Shown here one piece after another: positions 1 through 10,475 of a stretch of DNA of 64,000 nucleotides. Numbering within the stretch: the first letter of the stretch is position 1; each line of letters opens with the position of its first letter. The stretch comes from Rhizaria sp. SCN 62-66 (lineage: Eukaryota). The position numbers were made by a program, and so were the translations under genes. Under the pieces are notes generated by a model. That model saw only the letters and a program-made list of their open reading frames with translations. It was not told where the DNA came from and made no database searches. The stretch lies in NCBI GenBank assembly GCA_001724265.1, contig MEDY01000122.1, positions 1-64,000 on the forward strand. Reading direction: 5' to 3'.

Positions 1-76
<76 letters not shown>

Positions 77-84
77 TGTTGCTG
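1..84 (-). repeat. (CAG)n microsatellite encoding polyglutamine
   Basis: 24 pure CTG units at 1-72, then mixed CTG/TTG to 84. In frame with the minus-strand CDS, giving at least 28 Gln; runs off the window. Confidence 0.95.
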
Positions 85-1713
85 GTGAAACTGCTCTTGG
101 TGTTGCTGCGCCTGCGACTGGAGCAGAGTGTGGTTATAGCGGCGCAACGTTAAGCCGCTGACATCCCATGCCCCCACAGGGGTCACGTAGCACACACTCG
201 CACTCTCAGTGTCGTCGCTCTCAGCATTGGCAGCAACATCAGTGGCAGCAGCAGCGGCGGCGGCGGCGGCGGCGGCGGCAGCAGCAGCGGCGGCGGCGGC
301 GCGCTCGCGATCATTGCCATAGTCTTGCTGCTGCTGCTCGTTGTCGTCGTAATACTCAGGCTCAGGCTCCGACTCCTGCTGCTGCTGCTGCTGCTCTTGC
401 CAGCCACAGTCGCCGTCGTTGTCCACGTCAGCAGCCCCGTTGTTGTCGCGGTCGAGCGCAGCTGCGGCGGCCTCGGCGAAGCCGTACGGCATCGTGGCAG
501 CGGTTGCGGTAGACGCAATCGCGTTCACAGGACTCGCATTGACGTTGTAACTGCCAACCGTGTTTTTCATGTTATTGCCGCTGCTGTTGCCGTTGAAGCC
601 GTTGAAGCCGCTGAGTCTGACAGTCTGTGCGTGCGACTGCAAGGGCGTCGCAACCCGGGCCAACGGCAGAGCCCGTTGGCTCGCCAGCGGCAGATGCTGT
701 GACGGCGACACGACAGGGGCGGCGACTGGCATCGAGCCAGAGCTGGGGCCAGAGCTGGAGGCAAAGATAGAGCCAGAGCCAGAGCCAGAGCCAGAGGCAT
801 GGACAGGAGCAGGAACCGAGACTGGGACTGGGACGCGAGACCGTGAGCGCGCGGCAGCGTGGTGCTCGGTGGAAGTGGGACCGTGGGTGTAAGTACCCTG
901 GTCGGCGTACGCATGAGGCTCAGGCGTGTGAGTCCCGTACGACATGTAAGGGTGCTCGGCAGCGTAAGCCTCGTGCGGGTGAGTGTAAGTACCTTCGTCC
1001 TCAGCCGCCGCCGGAGTGTAAGCGTGAGCGCCACTGGACATGTAAGGGTGCTGCTGCTGCTGTTGTTGTTGCTGCTGCTGGTACTGCTGTTGTTGCTGGT
1101 TAGCGCCACTGGTATAGACATAGGCACCGCTGCCACCACGTCCAACGGTATTGTGAGAGTAAGTATACAGCGACGGCGGCGCGTAATAATACGGTGTCTC
1201 CGCATTGACACTGACGTTGTGGCCACTAAAACTATTGCTCGGGTGGGTGTGGTGCGACTGGGAGCGCGAAGTTAGGCCGCCCAGCAAGGAAGTCAAGCCG
1301 CCAGGGATCGGCAGCGTCGACGGGTGGCTCGCGACGCCGCCGCTACTTAGACCAGTGTAAGTACCCGCATTCGCCCGATGATGATGAGAGCTGTTGTTGC
1401 TGTAACTCGCACTCACGTTGTTGTTGCTGTTGTTGACCCCGCCGCCGCCGCCGCCGCTGTTGTTCTGGTGATGGTACGAGTGCACAGGGGCGAGCAGCGC
1501 GTGTGCGAGCGAGAGCAGGCCGGGGGACGGCAGGGCGGCGGCCGCGGCGGCGGCCCGGGCGTCGGCCGCCGCGGCGGCCGCCGTCTCAGTGGCATCGGCG
1601 TGGGGGTGGGGACTGGGCTTGCGGATGCGGTAAGCGATAGGGGACGCGGGGGTGACCTTCTCGTCGTTATTTACAACAGCAGTGCTCATGCTCGTGTTCA
1701 GGTTGTGTGCGCC

Positions 1714-1771
<58 letters not shown>

Positions 1772-2412
1772 TAGGCGTAGAAGGACGGGTGGTGGGGGTG
1801 GGGGTACGCGTTCATCTTCGCGCCGCGCAAAACGGGGTTGTTCGAAAAGGGGACTGCGACGGGCAGCGTCTCAAAGCGCAACGGCTGCTGCTGTTGGTGG
1901 TAGCTGTTGCACAACGCAGAGCCAGAGCCAGCGCCAGAGCCAGAGCCAGAGGCGTAGTTGCTGCCCATGCTAGCGCTGGCGTTGACGTTGGCGTTACTGT
2001 TGTTGTTGTAGGTCGACGCAGGGTAGCGGGACTGGGGAGACAGAGCCTGCTGCCGCGGCAGAGGGTTGCCGTTGTTGTTGTTGCTGTAGCTGGAGCCGTA
2101 TTCACCCACAGTGCCATTGCCGTTGCTGGGCATGTTCATGGTCATGCTGGTGTTGTTGTTGCTGGTGCTGCGACGAGGAGTGGCAGGGGCGACGGCCGCC
2201 GCGGGGGCGGCTGCTGCGGCGTAGTGCGGCAGCGAGAGAGAGCTGGCGTTGTTGTGGCCGTTGTTGCTGCTGCTGCTGTTGTGCGCAGCGTAAGCAGCGG
2301 TATTGACACCGGCGCTGCCGTTGCCGCCGTGGGGGGTGTAGCCCTTGCTTGACCGCATTTGATACTCTGGGAGCGGTGTGATGTAAGAGCAGGATGTTGC
2401 GTCAATGGACAT
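1..2412 (-). CDS. Partial (3'-truncated by window edge) low-complexity Ser/Asn/His/Gln-rich hypothetical protein
   Basis: Minus frame from ATG at 2412 (MSIDATSCSYITPLPEYQMRSSKG...) appears open to the window edge; spot-checked, and consistent with its absence from the stop-terminated ORF track. Codon style (AAC/AGC/GCC runs) matches the other genes. No domain recognised; the true start could lie upstream. Confidence 0.75.
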
Positions 2413-2894
2413 TACTTGGGCGCCAGTCGGTCGCAAGTTGCCGTGCGCTTCCGTGCTGCTGCGACGACGGAGGCGGGCGCGTGAGATGCTGACTAAACGA
2501 AGGGCGAAGCGCTAGAACAAAATCAGGAATAAAGTGGGAAGATTAGCGTTTGATGATATGAAAAATAACTGTTAGATGAAAAACATATAATTATATCCGA
2601 ATTTTCAAACACAGATTCTCAGCACGTCTCAGAATCGAGATAATCTCTTCGCAAAAGGGGCCACCTCGACCAATCTCGATCGAGCCAGCCGTGCGCGATC
2701 TACGTGTCTCTCGAGAGAGGCAAGAAGCTCGCCGGAAATTGCATACTCTAATTTGATCGTCAAATGAAACTCAGGCGCGTCTCTTAATGTCTTGGCTACT
2801 ATTTTATCTTTTCGTGATATTAAACTCGCTAAATAATTCATCCTGCCTCGCCACGACTCGTCCTATTATCGCAGCACTAGCTTTCTCTCGCACG

Positions 2895-4234
2895 ATGTCC
2901 TCTTCCGCGGAGCTCGTGGAGCACCTGATTTGGCTCGACTGTGACCCTGGTCACGACGACGCCTTCGCGCTCATGCTTGCCGGCACGTACCCGGGCGCGC
3001 GGCTGCTCGGCGTGTCCACCAGCGGCGGCAACCAGACCGTAGAGAAGGTCACCAAGAACGCGCTCAACATCCTGAACCTGATGGGCCAGGCGGGGACAGT
3101 GCCGTGCGTGCGCGGCCAAGAGCACGCGCTGATGGACACCACGGTGCCGTGCCCCGAGATCCACGGTGACACCGGGCTCGACACGCACTGCGGCGCGCGT
3201 TTCCCGGCGCACTCGCACACGGCAGTGGCTCAGAAGTGGCTCCCGTTCATGGCCAACGCGATCCTGACTGCGCCGCAGAAGGTGAAGCTGATTGCCACGG
3301 GCCGCATGACCAACGTCGCCGTGCTGCTCACGGTCTATCCCGAGGTCATGCGCAACCTCGAGCTCATCAGCATCATGGGCGGCAGCTCCAAGGGCGGCAA
3401 CACGCACCCCGTAGCAGAGTTCAACATCCAGGTACGCAGCACTTTATACTCATATATCTCGCGAATATCTCGATATTGTTTTATTATTCAATTTATTTTT
3501 ATGTGTGGTTGTTTATTTATCGTGTGATTTTGTTTAATAATTCTCTATAAGTGTCTATGTCCGCTAATAATCTCACTTTCTATATCTCCTTCTATGTTGC
3601 TTGATTGCTTTGTCTCCAGGGCGACCCTGAGGCTGCGCAGATCATCCTCAACCACGCCATGCTGGGCACCGACGCCGTGACCGTGAACAAGGCCAAGGAT
3701 TGGAGCGCTGTCCCCGACTCGGAGCTGCGCGTGCCCGTCGTCTTCGTCATGCTCGACGTGACGCACAAGGTTCTCGTCAGCAACGACGTTCTCGCCACGA
3801 TCCAGCGCAAGCACCTCCTGGCCGACAAGACCAGCGCCGCCGCCACCGCCGCCGCCGCTGCCGCGGCGACGACGACGCCGCTGCCGTCGACGTCTCCGCT
3901 GCTGTCCAAGTACGGCCAGCTCATCACGTCGCTGTTCCTCTTCTTTGCAGACTCGTACAAAAAAACGTTTAAGTTCGACCATGGCCCGCCGCTGCACGAC
4001 CCCGTGGCAGTGTTCTACGCGCTCAACCCGGCCGCGTTCTCGGCGCCCGCGTTTCCCGTCGCCGTCGAGTGCGCGCGCTCGCTGTCGCGCGGCCAGACTG
4101 TAGTGGACGTCTGGGGACAGACGAGCAAGGAGGCCAACGCGCTCGTGTGCGAGTCCGTCGACCTGGGGCTGTTCTGGGAGGCCATGGGGGACGCGATCGG
4201 CAGGGTCGGCGAGACGGCGCAGATGGACAAGTGA
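2895..4234 (+). CDS. Inosine-uridine preferring nucleoside hydrolase family protein; exons 2895-3431, 3620-4234 (~383 aa)
   Basis: WLDCDPGHDDA (DxDxGxDD Ca-binding motif), IHGDTGL, EFNIQ|GDPEAA restored across a GTACGC...CAG intron, PPLHDP, SRGQTVVD; TGA stop. Confidence 0.95.
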
Positions 4235-4736
4235 GCCTGATGACAACGACGACGACAGCTCGCTTCTTGAGCAGCTATTTGCTTGGCTCAACCCCAAATA
4301 CGATGCGGATCATAACGAGCAACATTACGAGTGACAAGTTGTGCGAGTAAGAGCGAGTGGTATTGCCATGGTGATGATTAAAAAAGTATGCATATGTTGT
4401 TTTTTTGTTCCTTGAAGAACTATAAAAGAGAAAGGCCAGGAATACACAGATTATGAGTGCTTTATGACGAAGATGTGACTTCTTTTGAGTTTCATTTTGC
4501 GCACTTTTAAGGTATAGTGCGTCTCAAATGAATTTTGCGGCAATTAAAAGTGTGATGTAACATATAAATAAAAAGATCTAATAATATACTGCAATTTTAA
4601 CATGTTTTGTGTTAGTTAAGTTAAGTTTTGAGTTGATTATGATCTGAAAAAGGGTGCGCCGAGAGAAATTTTTAATATTAAGAGAGATAATTTACTTGGA
4701 CATTGAAAGAAAATTGCATCAAGCACGTTTCCTCTT

Positions 4737-4782
4737 TATAAAAGATTTTTTAAGCATCAAGATGCTTAAAAAATCTTTTATA
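4737..4782. repeat. Perfect 22-bp inverted repeat with 2-nt spacer
   Basis: TATAAAAGATTTTTTAAGCATC-AA-GATGCTTAAAAAATCTTTTATA. Confidence 0.95.
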
Positions 4783-4894
4783 TAAATTGAACAAGCCCGA
4801 GTTGGGTCGAATCAAAAACAGTGGCAAATATGATGTAAAAAAAAGGATGCTGACTTGATGATAGACAGTAAAAAAAAGAAGAAGAAGATGTGGC

Positions 4895-5040
4895 TGTCTG
4901 TACTAAGAATCGAACTTAGTCTCCACGCACATACGCCCGGCCTGCCTTCGGCAGTAGCAGGCATCTGAAAAACGGGTACAAACTTGGCAATGCAAGTTCC
5001 GAAGTTCAAGGTGCGTTGACCCTCCTCTAGCCCAACAGAC
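4895..5040 (-). ncRNA. tRNA-like RNA gene, copy 1 (80-nt structured insert in place of the anticodon loop)
   Basis: GTCTGT-TG-GGCT-AGAGGAG-GGTC-A-ACGCAC-[insert 4931-5010]-GTGCGT-GGAG-ACTAAG-TTCGATT-CTTAGT-ACAGAC-A, followed by GCCA and a T8 run (4870-4877). Contains A-box and B-box-like sequences. Confidence 0.85.
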
Positions 5041-5085
5041 TTTTAGCAAGTCGCGCCGGCATGTTTTAGCGAATATACTCAGAAT

Positions 5086-5122
5086 CTTAGAATCGAACTT
5101 GTCTTCCTCTAGCGCAACAGAC
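5086..5122 (-). pseudogene. Internally deleted copy of the tRNA-like RNA gene
   Basis: GTCTGTTGCGCTAGAGGAAGAC-AAGTTCGATTCTAAG: the 5' acceptor/D-loop part is fused directly to the T-arm part; retains the upstream motif. Confidence 0.75.
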
Positions 5123-5245
5123 TTTCAGCAATTTTATTCGCAAGTTTGGACAAACATAAGGTAAACCCCGCGAGACCTTTGAGAACACTCGATTGCAAAA
5201 ATAAAGGATGCTGATGAGAGGTAGTGAACAAAAAAAAAGATTTGC

Positions 5246-5389
5246 TGTCTGTACTAAGAATCGAACTTAGTCTCCACGCACATACACCTCACTATCTTGT
5301 GACAGTTCGGCATTTGAAAACAGGAGCTTGCAATAATTGCGGAGTTCCATAAAGTTCACGTACGTTGACCCTCCTCTAGCCCAACAGAC
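5246..5389 (-). ncRNA. tRNA-like RNA gene, copy 2 (78-nt insert)
   Basis: Same arms as copy 1 with one change (ACGTAC, a G-U pair in the stem); insert 5282-5359; followed by GCAAA and a T9 run (5230-5238). Confidence 0.85.
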
Positions 5390-5630
5390 TTTTAGCAACA
5401 CCTGACAGCAAGTTTTAGCGAATATATTCAGAATCACGATAGACACGAAAAATATTATTTATCTGAGCTTACAGTGCAAAAGCGCTTTTAATGCTTAAAA
5501 AGTTCATTCATAGTCGTGTTTTATTTTTTAAATTTTACGTGTATTTTCTTATCATTATCAATGAATCCCACACACAAAACTACAAAAAAAAGACACTTCC
5601 ACTCCCGACGCAAAAGCTCTCGATATACAT

Positions 5631-5648
5631 TTATTTGCCAAAACTTGC
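5631..5648 (+). promoter_or_regulatory. Conserved upstream element of the tRNA-like genes (consensus TATTYGCYAAAACWTGC)
   Basis: Equivalent motifs at 5059-5077(-), 5408-5426(-) and ~5140-5156(-). All end 18-19 nt before the first G of the RNA, while the spacer sequence differs. Confidence 0.7.
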
Positions 5649-5666
5649 AAGTAAGCAATCATGAGA

Positions 5667-5809
5667 GTCTGTTGGGCTAGAGGAGGGTCAACGCACTTGG
5701 ATATATGGGCGCACGCTTGCGCTGCTGCCCGTTTTTCAGATGCCTCCGACACTGTTACGTGTCAGAGGCGTATGTGCGTGGAGACTAAGTTCGATTCTTA
5801 GTACAGACA
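5667..5809 (+). ncRNA. tRNA-like RNA gene, copy 3 (77-nt insert)
   Basis: Arms identical to copy 1; insert 5697-5773; followed by GCCA and a T9 run (5816-5824). Oriented divergently from copy 2. Confidence 0.85.
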
Positions 5810-5815
5810 GCCACA

Positions 5816-5824
5816 TTTTTTTTT
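5816..5824 (+). terminator. Putative Pol III oligo(T) terminator of copy 3 (equivalents at 5230-5238 and 4870-4877 on minus)
   Basis: T8-T9 runs shortly after each 3' acceptor strand. Confidence 0.7.
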
Positions 5825-6145
5825 GTTCGCCTCACAGCCCAAGCGCTGTGTCTTTTTTTTTTTGACTCGCGAGACCAACGCGCAGGAGGAGTACTCAAAA
5901 GTCTCGTGGCACTGCTATGCTGTGAATATTCTGCATAAAGCCAATAGCCAGTACCCCACTAGCGTCGCTGATCCCGTCTGTGGCCAGCTGGTGTTACGAT
6001 TGTGTATAATACTAGTAAGCTTATAAGTACGACAGTTAACCAAAGAACCAAAGATATTCGTTTTATTCAAGTCAAAAGTTTATCAATATTATACTCGTCC
6101 ATTCCAAGTTCCGTCACTTTCTCTGTTTGCTTGGTTACCCTCGTT

Positions 6146-8528
6146 TCACTTTTCGAGCGCGATCCAGTAGGGCGCGAGCTCCTTGCGCGTCTTTTCGATT
6201 TGCCCCACCGCGTGCCGCGTGGCCACGACGGGCCGCATCACACCCGGCGCGTCGCCCAGCAGCGCCGCCGCGCACTCGGCCACGCAGTCTGCGACGACGG
6301 CGCAGTTATACCCGCCCTCGAGCACCACGACCACTTTCCCGCGCGCGAAGGCCGACACAAGGCGCAGCACGGTGGCGAAGCCCTGCGGCGTGACGGCCGA
6401 GTGGCCCAGCGGGTCCCCCTTGGCGGCGTCGAACCCGCCCGACACCAGAATGAGCTCGGGCTGGAACTGTGCCAGCAGCGGCAGCAGCAGCGCTGTCGCC
6501 ACGGTCAGGTAGTCGCCGTCGCCCATGCCTGGCCGGTTCCACCCCACGTTGGCTGTGGCGCCCGCGCCCGCGTCGCGTCCGACGTTCTCCTCGCTCTGCT
6601 GCTCGAACGTGCGCGGGTAATAAGTCCCGTGGTCGTGGCGGTGGACCGAAAAAACCACCACTCGCGGGTCGCGGTCGAAGATGGCCTGCGTGCCGTCGCA
6701 GAAGTGCACGTCCCAGTCGAGGATCAGCACACGCGACAGCTTGCGCGCCGCCAACGCGTGTTTCGCGGCCAGCGCCACGTTGTTGAGCAGGCAGAACCCG
6801 CCTGGCGTGTCCGCGCTCGCGTGGTGGCCCGGTGGCCGCACCAGCGCAATCGCGTTGCGGAGCCGGCCGGTGACGACAGCGTCGGTCGCGCCAACGGTCA
6901 CTGCCGCGGCGGCCAGCGCGGCCGAGGCCGAGGACGGACACAGGTACACGCTGTTGAAGCGTGCGGCCGCGGCGGCGAGCTCGGGGGGCGGCAGGTGCGG
7001 CCACACCTGGGTCAGGGTGTGGATGTAAGCGGGCGTGTGCACGGAGGTCAGAAGGGAGGTGGCACTTGCGTCGCTTGATTCGGAGTCTGCGGCTAAGGGG
7101 GTACTTAGGTCGTGTAAGGGCGTGAGGTGCATGCGGGAGAGCAAGTTGCGGCTGTGTAGAGTCGCGAGCGAGCTGAAGAGCCGCTGAGGCTGCTCGTACT
7201 GCTGCTTGACACCAGTGTGCTCTGCGCTACTACTGGAGCTGCCGCTGCTGATGCTGCTGTGCTTATCGTCCTTCGTGTTGCTGTTGTTGCTCTTGCTCTT
7301 GCCGTTTGCGTCTGTGTTGTGTGAGACTGAGATCGAGCTGAAGGCGCTCGCATGCACAGACTGCATTATCGGGCCAGATCCAAAGCCGGAGACAGAGCCA
7401 GAGCCAGAGCCGGCGCCAGAGCCAGCGCCAGCACTAATAGCTGTCGCTGTTGAGACCGCACTGAAGCTAGCGTAGTGCGTTGTCGTCGTCGTTGTCCTCG
7501 ATACAACCACAGGAGCAGAGGAAGCAAGGCTGTTGCTGTTGCTCGCCACAATCTCAGTCTCAGTCTCTGCCATTGGCGCAGACACCGAGGCAGACGCGTT
7601 AGAGCTCGAGCTAGAGCCAGAGCCAGAGGCTGAGGCTGAGGACAAAGCTGGGTCTGAGGCGGGATCGAAGTGGTTTGCGGTGACATCGCTGAAGCCGAAG
7701 CCTGTGCCGTCCCCCACAGGCCACTCGAACACACCTAGACCGTCCTCGTGCTTGCCATCGCTACCAGCAGAAGCACTTACACCGGCCGACGAAGTAGTGT
7801 TCCTGTTGTTGTAAAGGCAGTTGCTTTTGCGGCTGTTATCACCTGACGCCACCGAGGCCGCGAAGGCTGCCATCACCTGCTCACGGTCGCTAGCGTTGGG
7901 GTAGAAGTGGTTGAACCCCCAGTGCGTGGGCAGGGGAATGCGCTCGTTGCCGCCGATGACAGCGCTGAAGCGATCGTTTGCAGCAGCAATACCAGAACGA
8001 CCATTAGCAAAGCTAAATGCGCTGGTAACAGCAGCATCAGTCGACACGAATTGGACACTGCTGTTGCTGAAGGCAGTATTAGTGTTGAGATTGCTGTTAT
8101 TGGTGTTGGCATTGCTCGTTGAGAGCAACACAATCTCACCGTCAACTGCAGTGTCGTCATCGTCGTCGTCGTCGTCGCTGTTGTTGTGAATATCCGTCAC
8201 GGTTGCAGATGCAGGTGTCGCTGTTGCAGCAGTTGCCTTGAGCTGGCTCTTTTTACTCTGAGCACCGGCCGCAGAGCCTTGTTGTTGCTGTTGCTTTTGA
8301 CTCTTCTGTCGTTGTTGCTGCTGCTGTAAGAGCAAGAGCATATCTGCCGACTGCTCCGGTAAAGGAGGACACGGCAGCAGAATGCGAGATAAAACCGTAT
8401 TATCACACAGTTCACGGTCACTAAGCTTGCTATAATCACTCAGATTAGCATTGTTAACGTTGCTGTTATTGTTTTTAGTCATAACAGCAGCATCAGGCTT
8501 CAGCTCACTGTCACTCATCACTTGGTGC

Positions 8529-8563
<35 letters not shown>

Positions 8564-9886
8564 TTGCATTGATAACTATGACTGTAATTGTGAATGCGAC
8601 TGCTGGCGTTCACCGCCCCTGGACACGCTTGCACTGCGACCGCGGCTGCAACTGTGACTGTAAGCATCACCGTGACTGCGAGAATAACCGTGGGCAGCGA
8701 AGCCGCGTGAGTCGACTGCCACTGCCTGCGGTTGCGAGCCTAAAAGTGACTGCGAGTGTGTCTGTGTCTGCGTCGAGGGGTAAAAGGGCGACGGTTTGCG
8801 CCGCGGCTGCACTATAACAGGGGAAAATACTGCATTCGGGCCACCATTAACACTCGTATTGACATCATGGCTCCCGATACCTTCAGAATTCACATGCTGC
8901 TGCTGCTGCTGCTGCTGGTGCTGTTGATGCTGTTCGTGAGTCATGTTGGAGTCTTGCTGTTGCTGTGACACCCGAGACGGTGGCCGCGACAGCGTCAGCG
9001 GCTTAATTAAAAGCGGAGGATGCGGGTCTAAGTGTCCAGGTACGGACGAGTCTAAGGGGTTGTACTTAGCCCCGTGTAAGGGAGGCGATCGCAGCGATGC
9101 GTGCGACAACAAGTGACTGTGTGCATCCGAGTGACCGTGGGTGCCAATGGTACTCGTGATGCCAGTGTCACTCGTGATGTCATTGTTCGAAGTTAATAAG
9201 CTGAGACCTAAGCCTTGGAGGGTCACTTCGGTCGCAGCCAAAGCCTCAGTCGCCGCCGCCGCCGCAGCGGTAGAGGGAGCTGCACTCGAGCTCGAATTGT
9301 GTGTGTTGTAATTGTAGCTATGGTTGCTATGGGGGATTTCAGCCCCCGTGCTGGTACGGCGCGACCGTGACTGCGACCGGGACCGCGGCTGCGGCTGCAA
9401 CTGTGAGTGGGGTTGCGAGTGTAAGTGTAAGTGTGACTGGGGGCGCTGCGAGTAAGTGCTACTTACAATCGGGGGCAGCTGCACAAGCTCGTCGCTGCTG
9501 CGACTCAGACCGCTTACATCAGCAGCAGTAGCAGCATGAGCAGTAGAGGTACTCACATTCCCGCGATGAGCGCTACCCTGGGCACTTAGATCGCACGTGT
9601 AAGGGTTGTTGTGGACGTGATGAGAGCTCTGGTTATGGTGCAGCGGCGACTGGGAACGCGATCGCGACTGCGGCTGAAACGAAAACTGCGGCTGCTGTTG
9701 GCGTTGTGGCGCAAACGCAGCCGCGTTGGTGTGCGCGGTGTCGACGCTGATAACCGAGCCAGAGCCCGAGCTGGAGCCAGAGGCAGACCGACTGTGGCTG
9801 TGGGCGCGGCTGTCGTTAGTCGACGAGAGACGCGATTTCTTAATCGGGGAGTCCTCGTTAGTGCTCGAGGGAGGGGCGCGCCACAT
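6146..9886 (-). CDS. Class II histone deacetylase (HDA1/HDAC6-like catalytic domain) with long low-complexity N-terminus; one in-frame TAG at 8576-8578
   Basis: VRPPGHHA, GGFCLLNNVA, ILDWDVHFCDGTQ, FSVHR, VSGGFDAAKGDPLG, VLEGGYN. The two ORF-track ORFs (8576-9946 and 6146-8569) share a frame. The ATG at 9886 is inferred; the alternative start is 8569. Confidence 0.88.
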
Positions 9887-10475
9887 GGGCTCCACTGTCA
9901 CAAAGTAGCACTGCTGTTGCAAGAGACGGTCAACGTTCAGCTGCAACTCAAAGCAGGAGGTTCGACTTGGGAGGTGCGACAGAAAAGCTGCCTATAGAAG
10001 GCAAAGATGGCTACACACAAGAACACCGGTAGCACAGACAGTAAAATATAACAATTTAATTGCGGTTGATGAGTGGCACGCTTTAGGAATGAGACTGACA
10101 CGTATAAGTCGACGCCAGAATAGAGTTGGTTTCGAGCAGAGGGAGTCTTGGTAGGATTGCCCTGCGATATCAGCATCTTTTCCGCAAAGCCAGAATGCAT
10201 AATTTCGTAAACAAACACTAAAACAACACTAAATATCCCTAAGTGCCACAAAATCCTGTTTGACGGACTCTACAGCTCAGTAGACCCATGCATTTTCCGT
10301 CGACTCATCCCCATTTTCGAGAGTGACCGCCGTCTGTCAAACGGCTACATTCCATAAGCCACAGCAGTTCATTGCCTAAGTGCGCACAACACGAAACAAA
10401 ACTGAAATATATTATTTATTGATACACTATCGACATATAATCGCTGCTTAATTCTCATGAAGTTGATTGCACAGC

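Noticed and set aside
5691-5702. Copy 3 as ordinary intron-containing tRNA-Pro(TGG)
   Set aside because: The same positions read TTG and TGA in the other copies with no U33, although the arms are identical.
5731-5741. Conserved TTCAR in the inserts as a Sec/UGA-suppressor anticodon or Sm site
   Set aside because: It is explained by pairing with TGRA at the insert start. The 9/4 tRNA-Sec fold and long variable arm are absent, and it does not match AU4-6G.
2895-5809. Functional link between the nucleoside hydrolase and the adjacent tRNA-like cluster
   Set aside because: Adjacency only; no shared regulatory signal seen, and eukaryotic neighbours are usually unrelated.
4891-5813. Repeat-variable-repeat pattern as a CRISPR array
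   Set aside because: The conserved parts are two different tRNA halves, copies lie on both strands, the context is eukaryotic, and there are no cas genes.
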